From Eledone cirrhosa (Eukaryota), in contig OZ024742.1 of NCBI GenBank assembly GCA_964016885.1, forward strand, positions 174,468,001 to 174,532,000: a DNA stretch of 64,000 nt, written 5' to 3'. The position numbers were made by a program, and so were the translations under genes. Position 1 is the first letter of the stretch; every line of letters starts with the position of its first letter. Shown here piece by piece: positions 24,586-35,907 of this stretch. The notes under the pieces are model-generated. The model saw only the letters and a program-made list of their open reading frames with translations, searched no databases and was not told the origin of the DNA.

Positions 24586-27500
24586 TTTCTTTATTAGCCA
24601 CAAGTGCCGACATGTAGGGGACAATACAAAGGCAGGGACAGTGGGGGTTTACAATAAGGTCGAGTAAAAGTGCACAATGGCAAGACTAATTTAACAATGA
24701 AGATGTAAAAAATATAAAATAAACTATGCATAAATATAACAAAATAAATTCCCCGATAGGGGGTGGACGACCCTGGGGTGACTCAGGTACCCCACCAATC
24801 CTGAACCACCCTGCGCTTCTAGGCCACCCAGCAAGAGCGCCCCTCTCCTCAAGTTAGCTAGCCTATAGGTGCATGGTCCATTCACACGGGCCATTCTCGC
24901 CACATTCACCCACCTTTTAGCAAATGTACTGGGGGGTAGCACCTCTCTCTCCACCCTCACCTTCCTTTCCAGGTGAAACTTGAAGAAGTTGATGAGGGAT
25001 TGGCTGAAGAGAAAAGTGTCTGTCTTCAGTCCTTTTAATCTGGTCCACCATATAACCTCTTTCGCAACGGACAGAGGAACATTTCCTGCTCTTCCTGACC
25101 TAATGAAGGCTGCGCGTCGATCTTCACTATGGACTCAGCCGATAGCCGGATTCGTTCCACACGCGACAGTAGCTGTTCGACATAACTCAACAAGTCAATA
25201 ATGCACGGACATTGGACAAGTGCGTGCAGAACGGTTTCGTCGTTCTGTGCGCATCTTGAGCAGGTCCGTCTGACAGCACTTCCGTACCTGTAGAGTTTAT
25301 TCCGAAGCGGCAGTGCCTCCCGGTAGCACTGCCAAGCGAGGGATTTCTGGAAATTGTCCATCGTCCCCGGCTCGAAAGTCCTCTGGTACAGACTGGTCAG
25401 TTCGACTACGTCAATGCCCAAAGCTTCTCCGAGTGCGTCATCGCACTTGCCCACCACTAATCCTCTATAGAACTCGAGAGTGGAAGTTCCACTGATCACA
25501 TTGCCGGCTTGGTAGAGGGCAGTGAGTGCCTGGCAACATTCCAGGTGCCAGTCACCCATTCTCGGTCTCTTCTTGACTCAGGACTGCAGCTCAGTCAAAG
25601 AAATGAGCTGCGGAAAGGCCCGTCTGATAAACGGCGACCACACCTGTTCACCGTTGAGGCAGAATATCTGGAGATGTCGCAGCATCAACGCATGTCCACG
25701 CATCATTAGCCACGGCATGCCCAGCTCTCCACGTAGAGGGTGTTGGCAGCAGATGGACCGCCTCACCAACGGAACTTGTCTCCTCCACAAGAATTTGAAG
25801 CGGAGCCATTCCAACTTGATGAGGCGCGGACGGGCGCAAGGCACGACAGTCAGGCGGTAGTAGATGACGGACGCGATTTACGCATTCGCCACCTCCGCGC
25901 GACCTTTCAGTGATAGCTTCCTCCCAGCCCATTTTTGGGTGAGACTGGCTACTCTGCTCGTTACCTCGTCCCAATTCTTTTCCACCTTGAGGTCTGGTCC
26001 GAACCAAACCCCGAGCAACTTTACCGGTCCGTCCGCCCAGCGCCCCACGACGCTGTTGGACGGCATAGGCTTGCCTCTCCAGGTTCCGAGCTGGAAGCCC
26101 ATCGACTTTTCCGGGTTAAGTTTGGCTCCTGTCAACCTTTCATATTCCTTCAATAAGTTGCCGACCACCTAGATTCCTGAGGTGTTCGACACCATCACGG
26201 TGATGTCGTCCGCATAAGCCGAGACCGCCTTTCCACGTCCCGGTTCGAGCGGGATGACCTGCAACAGCTCCAGCTTCCGCAGTAAAGGCTCGAGAGTCAA
26301 TACGTACCGATCGGGAGAGCCGAAATGGTTCCGAGAGGTGGCCATTAACCTTGACCACCGAGCGTGTGCCGCTGTGCATTGCAGCGATCCAGCTTCTGAA
26401 GACAGGGCCGAAGCCAGCCGCCTTGAGGACAGCTTCCAGGTACCGATGGTCAACCCTATCGAATGCTTTCGATTGATCTAAATTGATCAGTGTCCCACCG
26501 AAGCCAGGTTTGCACCATACCCTCTCTATGATGTATCGCATGAGGTGGAGATTGTCGTTTATGGACCTGGATGGGATTGCGCAAGTTTGTGCCTCCCCAA
26601 CCAAATCCTCGACGACAAGCGCCAATCTCTTTGCTAACACCTTGGCCAAAATCTTAAACTCTGTGTTGAGCAGAGTTATGGGCCTGAAGTTGTCTAATGT
26701 ATCCCTCTTGTTCTCGTTTTTCCTTATCAGCGTCACCATTCCCCTGCTCACAGAACTGGGAATACTCCCATTCTGCTGCCAGTTGCAGTAGAGTGCTTCG
26801 AGGAGATCGGAGAACAAGTCTGGCATATTTACGTAAAGCTTGTAGGGCAGGCCATCCAAACCGGGTGACTTGCGCCTCATGCAGCCGACAAGAGCGCCCT
26901 GAATTTCGGCTGAAGTAATCGGCTTTTCGCAGTGCTCAGCGTCGACCGTCGAGATGCACGGCAAGCCGTCAATGTAGGGACTGAAATCCGCTACTCTCTC
27001 TGACTCGCCACTCTCCCAGAACAACCGAGCAAAGTGCTGGCGAAAGGCTTCACACATCCGCTTGGAATCGCTTATCTCGTGTCCGTCTCGGTTCGCCAAA
27101 GACCGAATTGTGGGAATGCGGACATTTACTGTCCTTTTACCCATGTAGGACGGATGCACGATAATGCGTTCCGTTCTGCACGGGGTCACCGAGTGCTTAA
27201 TAGCGAGGGCCTCGGTTTTGAACAGTACCGAGATGGTACCGAACTGTTTGCCTCTTGCTTTATATTCTATGTTACTTCCGATGTACTCCAAAGCAGCCTC
27301 AACCTCTTCTTGGCTGGCAAGTTCCACTTTTCGTGTCTGCACCGAAATGCATCGAAAGTACACCGTCCTCCTTTGCATGGCCGCTATTGCCTCGTCCGGG
27401 ATGGTCAGGTTTGCCCAGGTCTTCTACCGTTTCAAGCGTGGAGGCTAATTAGCCTCCACGCTTGGGCCAACTATTCGTCTTTATCGCTAATATCAATATC

Positions 27501-28202
27501 AATATTCAATAAGCGCTTTGTTTTTGCTGCTGCTGCTGCAGCGCTTTGTTTTTGCTGCTGCTGCTGCAGCGCTTTGTTTTTGCTGCTGCTGCTGCAGCTT
27601 CTGATGCTCTTGTTGTTGGTGTTGTCATTCTTGCTGTTGTTATTGGTGTTGTTGTTGTTGTTTTGATTGTTGATGCTGTTGCCACCGCCATCCGTGTTTA
27701 CATTGAAGCTGTTGGTGTTATTGTCGTTATTGCTCTGAGTTGTTGTTGTTGTTGTGGTGGTGGTGATGGTGGTGGTGATGGTGACGTAGTTTTCAGATGA
27801 TACTGCTGCTATCACAGAAGGTTGTGATGGTAGGTTTATAGTTTTGCCTTCATATTCAGTAGAGTGGATGACAGGCATGACTGTAGTCGTCGTAGTCGTG
27901 GTGAAACCGACAGTGACTGCCTTTAAACTTTTGACCTGAACGCTGTTTACCGTTTCAAGGTCGAACATTTCTATTTTTTTTTTTTTGGTGGGGAAGCGAT
28001 TTATTTTCGAAGTTTTTAAAAAATAAATCTAAATATTGGGGCTTAAAGCCCCAATATTGAGAGGTATCCTTCTCTTTAAATCGAGATGTAAACCTTAAGT
28101 TTCGTTAACGACAAGAAAATACAAAAAATGACACTTTAAAACAGCTTAAATTTACGAACCTTTTCCCCCGCAGATTTGTACAGTCTTCACACATGTGCGT
28201 CC
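24586..28202 (-). mobile_element. Tx1-type (L1 group) LINE with both ends, internal deletion removing the AP endonuclease
   Basis: RT motifs KSPGLDGLP, NFRPITLLNTEFKILAKVLAKRL, LDQSKAFDRVDH and AYADDIT are present, with a C-terminal CSRC..ETVLHALVQC. The GC-rich block is flanked on both sides by ATAATAATAATAATGATAATG (putative TSD). Confidence 0.92.
26140..27378 (-). pseudogene. Tx1 ORF1 (RRM-like part) fused in frame to the ORF2 RT N-terminal half
   Basis: In the 412-aa ORF, the ORF1-like ..HPSYMGKRTVNVRIP joins TIRSLANRDGHEISD.. (pre-RT linker) with no APE domain. A deletion/frameshift follows near SRSVR. Confidence 0.75.
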
Positions 28203-28221
28203 ATAATAATAATAATGATAA

Positions 28222-29560
28222 TGTGAGATGATAAAGGAAATTGACACTGAAGAAGGATACAAATACTTAGGTGTTCTGGAGGCTGATGACATCAAGAACA
28301 AAAAAAATGAAGGAAGATAAGATATGAATACAATCGGAGAATAAGGAGCGTATTAAAGTCACACCTGAACAGTAGGAATGCCATAAGTGCAGTAAATTCC
28401 CGAGCTGTGTCTATTATTAGGTACAGTACGGGAATTCTAAGATGGAATGTTGCTGAACAAAAAGAAATAGATAGGAAGACTAGGAAGCTATTGACTATCC
28501 ACATGTTCCACAAGAGGAGTGATGTCGATAGACTCTACTTAAGGAGATCTGAAGGTGGAAGAAGTCTTATCAGCATAGAGGACTGTGTTCAGATGGAAAA
28601 AAACAACCTACACAAATACGTGACTGATAGTGGGGAGCCAATGCTCAGAATTGTACTGAAGGAGAGGACAATAGACCAGGGGATGTCCAAGGAGGAAATA
28701 ACAACAAGGAGAAAGAGCAACCTTCATGAAAAATCCCTTCATAGTACCTTATTTGAGAAAACTGAATTCAGAGATCCACAGACATGGAGCTGGTTGAAAA
28801 GAGGAGACCTTAAAAAGGCTACAGAAGGAATGCTAATGGCCGCGCAAGAGCAGGCCCTCAAAACGAAGGGGCTGAAACACCATGTTTACAAAGAGGAGGC
28901 TAGTCCACTGTGTAGGATCTGTGGAGAGAGAGAGGAGACTGTGGCTCACATTGTATCCGAGTGTAAACACCTAGCCCAGACTCATTATAAAGGCTGATAG
29001 GCAGGGTGATCCACTGGCACCTATGCAAAGTAAACAATTTACCACATTCTGAGAAGTGGTATGAGCATAAGCCAGAGTCGGTGATAGAAAACGATCAGGT
29101 GAAGGTGCTGTGGGATTTTAGGTTACAGACGGACAAGAAACTGGAACACAATAGACCTGACCTGGTGGTTTTGGACAAGGAAAAAAGATCGTGCCTGATT
29201 GTGGATGTAGCCTGCCCATTCGACACAAGAGTGCAAGAGAAGGAGAGGGAGAAAATTAACCGATACCAGGACTTAAAGTGGGAGGTAAAAAGGATTTCGA
29301 ACTGCCATGAAGTCAAAGTGGTCCCGATTGTCATAGGCGCACTAAGTACTATCTCAAAGAGTTTCCAAGGATAGTTAAAGAAAATTGGTCCCACCCCGCT
29401 TTTTGGAACACTTCAAAATGCATGCTTGCTGGGAGCAGCAAGAACCCTCTGATAACTCCTGATATCTGAGGCTGCAGGTAGCGGCTTGATATTCATCTCA
29501 ACAAACTTTCCAGTTAAATAACATCAATGACTGAGACTCAAAGAACAATAATAATAATAA
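28222..29560 (+). mobile_element. 5'-truncated R4/Dong-type LINE (RT thumb, CCHC finger, PD-(D/E)xK REL endonuclease)
   Basis: YKYLG, IDRKTRKLL, RLYLRRSEGGR, CRICGEREETVAHIVSEC, NRPDLVV..IVDVACPFD..EKINRYQDL; flanked by (AAT)n. Confidence 0.93.
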
Positions 29561-30011
29561 TAATTATTATTATAATAATAATTGATAAGACGAAAACATA
29601 GTAACATTAAAATGTAGCAAAGCATCCCAGCGGGTACAACAAGGTTATTTGTTGTGTCCATTAAGATCTATTTTTTCTCCTTTCTGTTTAACCCTTAAAC
29701 TGCCAATTAATCAATAAACTTAAATTAAATGTTTGTTATTTAGATTTATGGAAAAATAGAAGAAACTTTTGACAGATCCATCAATATTTCTAAATTTATA
29801 ATTTACGTAAAATCGAATATGACAAACTTCTTGCACATGTAGGCACAGATACTGGTATGTGGTTAAGGAGTTTGCTTTGAAACAGCATGGCTTGGGTTCA
29901 GTCTTACACACACCTTATTTATACTGTCTTTGCTATTGAATATTTAGTATTGTCTGATGATCCTGTGAGTGCACATGTGAAATTACAGAGTAACAAGACT
30001 CATCACTTATT

Positions 30012-30116
<105 letters not shown>

Positions 30117-30356
30117 AGAGAGAGAGAGAGAGAGAGAGAGACATGTTAGCTGAGAGTTTTTGACGGGAACGAAAAGATTTGTTTGCTAATCTCCCGCCAC
30201 CACGTAAAGTTCTTAAATCGGTGGTTGGTCGGGGGACAGAATTATATCGGATTCCAGTTGCTAATCACTTTACTATGTCGGCCGTCACAAACCGTCATAG
30301 CCAGTATGGGCTGGGGTCTGGATTCTGTCGATTGATTGGTTATTGATTAGGCGATA

Positions 30357-30467
30357 CCCGCTGATGAAGCCACATGCGCCGATTATGCATTGTTGCAAAA
30401 TATATGCAGACAGAGGGTGCAGTGTACCCTACTGCTGCATTAAGTGTGGCCGAAACTCGAATCCGGG
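30357..30467 (+). ncRNA. Type-I hammerhead ribozyme in a microsatellite-flanked non-coding element (~30143-30618)
   Basis: CCCG-CUGAUGA-A-GCCACA...UGUGGC-C-GAAA-CUCGAA-UC-CGGG. Helix I is CCCG/CGGG, helix II is GCCACA/UGUGGC, and helix III is near-palindromic. Confidence 0.75.
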
Positions 30468-30786
30468 AACTATCATAGGCACCTGTTTTACGTATGTTGT
30501 ATTGAAGCGAATAACTATGTGTATACACTGGGAATGTATCCTACATTGCCTACTGAGTACGCTGAGATACAACCAGTCCTGGCATGAATAAATATGCTAG
30601 GTCCGTCAACTTCTTCTTATATATATATATATAACATTATTTTTTCTTTCATATTGCTCCACATTACGCCTCTTTTTTTCTTTTTTCTTTTCACTTCATA
30701 AACCTTTTTTGTAAATAACATTATTCTTTCTGCACCATTTCGTTAACATGTCCAACACCACCATTTTACACCAATACATATTATTA

Positions 30787-30825
30787 TCATTTGATAATGC
30801 ATAAAAATGCTGAAACCGGTAATAG
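30787..30825 (+). ncRNA. Minimal hammerhead-like motif, U3-A8 core
   Basis: UUGAUAA-U-GCAU(AAAA)AUGC-U-GAAA-CCGG-UA; helix I is weak. Confidence 0.45.
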
Positions 30826-31036
30826 ACAATTATTAAATATATAAATAAATAAATAAATGCCATTGTTAATTAATAAATAAATCAACTAATACCTTAACAC
30901 TTCACACAAAGTAAAATATTTCGTTTTAATCATTTTCTAACCCAGAAAAAAGAGAGAAAAATAAAAAGGGAAAAATATATATTTTTCTTCCTAAAAATCG
31001 TCTTTTGCTCCCTGTTTTCATATATATATATATATA

Positions 31037-31117
31037 CAGGGTTTCCTCCAAAAATGTATACACACTTTTATTAGAATGCTGTTGAAGTGTGTATACATAT
31101 ATTTTTGGGACACCCTG
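31037..31117. mobile_element. 81-bp Tc1/mariner-type MITE
   Basis: TA-CAGGGTTTCCTCCAAAAATGTATACACACTT ... AAGTGTGTATACATATATTTTTGGGACACCCTG-TA. Confidence 0.75.
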
Positions 31118-31135
31118 TATGTATATATAGAGATA

Positions 31136-31200
<65 letters not shown>

Positions 31201-31284
31201 GATGTTAAACGATGATGATGATGATGATGATGATGATGATATTGATATATAAATAGAAGTATCATTGTAATACTTTGACTGAAT

Positions 31285-31463
31285 AATTGTTTCTACTTTT
31301 GGCACAAGGCCAGCAATTATCCCAGTGTATTACTGGTGCTTTATTTTATCGACCCCGTAAGCAAAGTTAACAATGGCAGGATTTTGAACTCAGACCACAA
31401 AGGGCCATAACTCTTTGCTGCAAATCATGGCATCTGACCCTCTACCGATACTGCCAATCCACC
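31285..31463 (-). mobile_element. SINE A full-length copy
   Basis: Reverse complement of 3250-3440. Confidence 0.88.
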
Positions 31464-31753
31464 GTATAACCTATAAACTCACTGAATGGAAAAAGATGGG
31501 TATTAGTACACATGGGCGTTGAACCCAGGCAATTACATTACAATTAGGCATAATGATAGCTTACTCATCTTTCAAATGAAAAGTATAGGTTTGACTCCTA
31601 TGTGTGCTGATTGGTACCCATCTTGTTTTCCGTTTGGTAGGTTTATATGCCCCATTATTAGACTACATTATTTAGTCAAAATATTACAGTAAAACATCTA
31701 ATTACATTTCAATTGAAAACTTTGTTTGGCATGTTCCCAAAAAACTTTTTATT

Positions 31754-31839
<86 letters not shown>

Positions 31840-31842
31840 GTA

Positions 31843-31881
<39 letters not shown>

Positions 31882-32317
31882 TTGAAAAAAAGGAAAACAA
31901 TGACTTCACTTGTAGTGTTAAAACATTTTTGATTTAATGTTATAATATTATAATATTATGAGTTGGTAGATCCAGTAAGTTCTTTGTTAACTTCGGTTGG
32001 AAGAATTTTAGAGATTCCTGGTTAACTTGGGTTGGAGAACTTTCTCGCATTCGTCTGTCTGTGGCGATTGTCAAACTGAGATCAGGCTGTGTTGAAATGT
32101 GTGACTATATATATATATAAGAGAGATTTGGCTCTGAAACCACTGAGCTCATGGTAGACCCTCTAATTTTTCTAATATATATGGGCGGATGTGGTGAGAG
32201 CAGACCTCAGATCGCTGAAATTCACCGATGAGATGACGAAGGACCATGACAAGTGGAGAGATGCTGTGCTGAATAGGACCCGTCTAACCCTTGCTAGCAG
32301 AGAAAAGTGGACGTAAA

Positions 32318-32361
<44 letters not shown>

Positions 32362-32394
32362 ATATATATGTATATATATATATATATATAATGT

Positions 32395-33977
32395 GTCTAA
32401 GAGCCCACCAGATATTTGGTGGGATCTTAGAAAACTAGGTGTTGACGAATGGCTTGTGAGAGCTATACAAGCCATGTATAAAGAAACAGTCAGCAAGGTT
32501 AGAATTAACAACGAATATAGTGAAGAGTTTAGCGTAAAAGTTGGCGTCTGTTCTCAGCCCCCTACTATTTATTATTGCCCTTCAGGCTATAACAGAGGAG
32601 TTCAAGACCGGTTGCCCATGGGAACTCCTATACGCAGATGACCTAACACTCATAGCTGAATCAATGGCCGAGCTAGAGAAGAAATTCCAAACATGGAAGC
32701 ACGGCCTAGAATCAAAAGGCCTTAAAATTAACCTAGCTAAGACTAAAGTTCTAGTTTGTAAGAAAGAAAATAAGGCGGCGGTCCCTTCCGGGAAGTGGCC
32801 ATGCTCAGTGTCTAGGAAAGGCATAGGTAGAAACTCCATTTTGTGTCCCAAATGCAAAGTATGGGTGCATAAAAGATGTAGTGGGATCACAGGTAAGCTA
32901 ACTAAGAACATAGATTTTACATGTGGCCGGTGCTCTGGTGCAATAAGTAGCAGCAAGTGCCCACAAAATACTAGCTCTTTCAACTGCGCAGAGGGTTCTA
33001 TAGAAATAGTGGACAGCTTCCGTTACCTGGGTGACAAAATCAGCAGTGGGGGAGGGTGCTCTGAAAGTACAGTAGCTAGAATCAGAACTGGATGGAAAAA
33101 GTTCAGAGAGCTTATACCACTATTAGCCGCTAAAGGGTTCTCCCTAAAAATGAACGGCAGGTTGTATGATGCCTGCATACGAACAGCAATGTTGCATGGC
33201 AGTGAGACCTGGGCATTGTGTGCAGAGGATATACGCAGACTAGAGAGGAACAAAGCTTGCATGCTCCGCTGGATGTGTAATAGTAATATACGTGAACGGC
33301 AAAGCATAAACGAACTAAGGAAAAAATTAGAAATAAGAGGGATCAGATGTTGTTTACTCGAGCGAAGGCTACGTTGGTATGGTCAGGTGATGCGCATGAA
33401 AGACGATAGCTGTATAACGAAGTGCAGGGCAATAAAGATAGACGGTAGCCACGGAATAGGCAGACCCAGAAAAACCTGGGACGAGCTGATAAATTCCGAC
33501 CTCACACACTTACACCTCTCCAAGACAATGTCACTGGACTGAGACCTTTGGCGGTACTCAGTAATAGAGAAGACCCGCCTTACCTAAATACAAAGTAAAA
33601 CCTACTGCAGTCAGTAGGCATCTCTAACAAAATACACTCCGTCCCACCACCCCCACCCCATCCACACCGCCCCCTTCTATGTAAAGTTATGTTGGTGCCA
33701 CAACATCCAGGCCGAAACAAATGAGATCGTGTAGGTGTCACGACGAAAAACACACAGTCCACGCCCTAATGTGGCCGTGTAGGCAACACAGTAAAAACCT
33801 CCCAGCCCCACACTGTAATTGTGGTTGGTGTTAGGAAGGGCATCCAGCTGTAGAAAACCCGCCAGATAGTCCTATGCGAGCAAGATAATCACTCTTGCCT
33901 CAAGTGGGAAAACCCCCGTCCAAACCCATGCAAGCGTGGAACACGGACGTTAAATGTTGATGATGATGATGATGATG
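32395..33977 (+). mobile_element. 5'-truncated RTE-clade LINE
   Basis: The 333-aa ORF 32541-33542 has LLYADDL, a PHD-like finger, FRYLGD, RRLRWYG and GRPRKTW. An RTE 3' UTR and (ATG)n tail follow. Confidence 0.95.
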
Positions 33978-34677
33978 AATGTGTGTGTGTGTGTGTGTGT
34001 GTGTAAAACAACCTCCTCATCACCATTTAGTATCTATTTTTCATGCTTGTATAGGCTAGATAGGTCACCAAGTTCTGAGGCTAGACAAGTCAGATGACTA
34101 CATGCTCTATATTTGGTTTGGCTTTCTATGGCTGGATGTCCTTTCTAATGCCAACCACTTTACAGCATGTACTGGATGCTTTTTGTCACAACACCATATA
34201 TATAGGTGTGTGTGAGTGGTTGACATTTATTATTTGTTTAGGTCCTATAATTTAATGGTTGAACAAACAAAATATATAAGATTGATTTAATAAGAAACAA
34301 ATGTAAAAAGAAAGAATCTTGTTACGATAGGTTTATCTAAATCTCTTTAAAGCACTGCTCCATCATGGTCGAAGTCTAATACCTGAGACTAGTAAATGAA
34401 AGAATAAAAGAAAAAATGTAAAATCTTGCAACAAACTAAAATACATCAGCCGAGAGCCAAGTCTTAATTGTGAATCAACAGGAAACTCTGCTAAATAAAA
34501 ATTATAATGAACTGCCTAGACTCATTAAAAAATAAAATTAGATATTCTTAGATATTTAGACACCTGTTTTATTGTGTATTCTATGACTCATTTACATAAA
34601 CTGGTTTACGTTGCTGCATTCTTAGAATATTCCACCTACATAATCACTGGCTTCCTATGATTGCTGCTCTACCAAAT

Positions 34678-34787
<110 letters not shown>

Positions 34788-35841
34788 TTTATGTCCATTT
34801 TTCCATGTCGATATGGGTTGGAGGGGTCTTTTTCAAACTCATCTTTCCTCCACTCATTGCATTCTTTTATCATCTCTTCTGTGAAGATCAATGTTTTGAG
34901 ATCAGCTTTCACCACTTCTGTACTGGTCTTCCTTGGTCTTCCCCTACTGCAGCTTCCTTCCAAGCAAATATGATAGAAACAAAATTTAAAATACTACCTC
35001 ATTAAAATATAACAGCACCAACCTTACCATTTGGTTTTGATGTTGAGTTTGCCCCTGGCTATTTTCCCTTAATTCTATATCAAGTTATCATGCCAGTCAG
35101 AGTTGATTCACCAAAATATTCTCTTTATGTTTTAAGTTATGTTGTGAAGGTCTATTAAAATCGAACTATGTTCAGTATTGTCCACCTATTCTACCAAGAT
35201 CTGACTCACTTTCCACTGCATTGTCCAGCTACTTTTGTTCAATTTAAAATGTTGGTGGATGTCTCCCCTGTCTTTCATTACAATAGTTTATTACAAAGCT
35301 AAAGAATAGTTCACCCTATCATACATGTAATTTTAAAAGTAATAGTTAGATTGTTGATCTCACAATCATAAGGCTGGAAGATTGTTTCTTGGACCAGGTG
35401 GTACCTTGTGTCATTGAACTAGGTGCCACATTTCCCATTTCTCTATTCCACAGAGTTAAAAATGAGTACTGGCTAACGATGGGCTGGTGCCCCATCCAGA
35501 GAGAAGCTTTGTACTCTCAGTTGATTAATGCTAATGAAATCAGGATATGCTTTAAGATTTTAACACTCTAAACTCGAGCCTGGCTATGATACTTAAAACA
35601 TATTTTAAACATGCTAGCACTAAGCTTAGAATTCAGTTTACATGCTGAACATGCCTACATATATTTCCTCGAATCCTTATTGTAGAAGGCATTTAACTGA
35701 CTGTCAAGCCTAGAATTAGATCCTGTGCAAGATGGTTGGATAACATCCATGAGTTCAGTTGGTTTCACTTTGGGATCAATCAGGCTGGATCAAATGGAGA
35801 CAATTGCTTCAATAGGACAAAGCCCCTCACAATACTCCATG

Positions 35842-35907
35842 GAAGAAGAAGAAGAAGAAGAAGAAGAAGAAGAAGAAGAAGAAGAAGAAGAAGAAGAAGA
35901 AGAAGAA
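35842..35907 (+). repeat. (GAA)n microsatellite at the end of an RTE-like 3' fragment (~35690-35840)
   Basis: Directly visible; the upstream sequence is homologous to the reverse complement of 38760-38880. Confidence 0.85.

Noticed and set aside
27471-27600. Idea that removing two 28-bp units restores a continuous Tx1 ORF1
   Set aside because: Manual translation of the collapsed sequence hits a TGA shortly after the repeat, so the triplication alone does not explain the ORF break.
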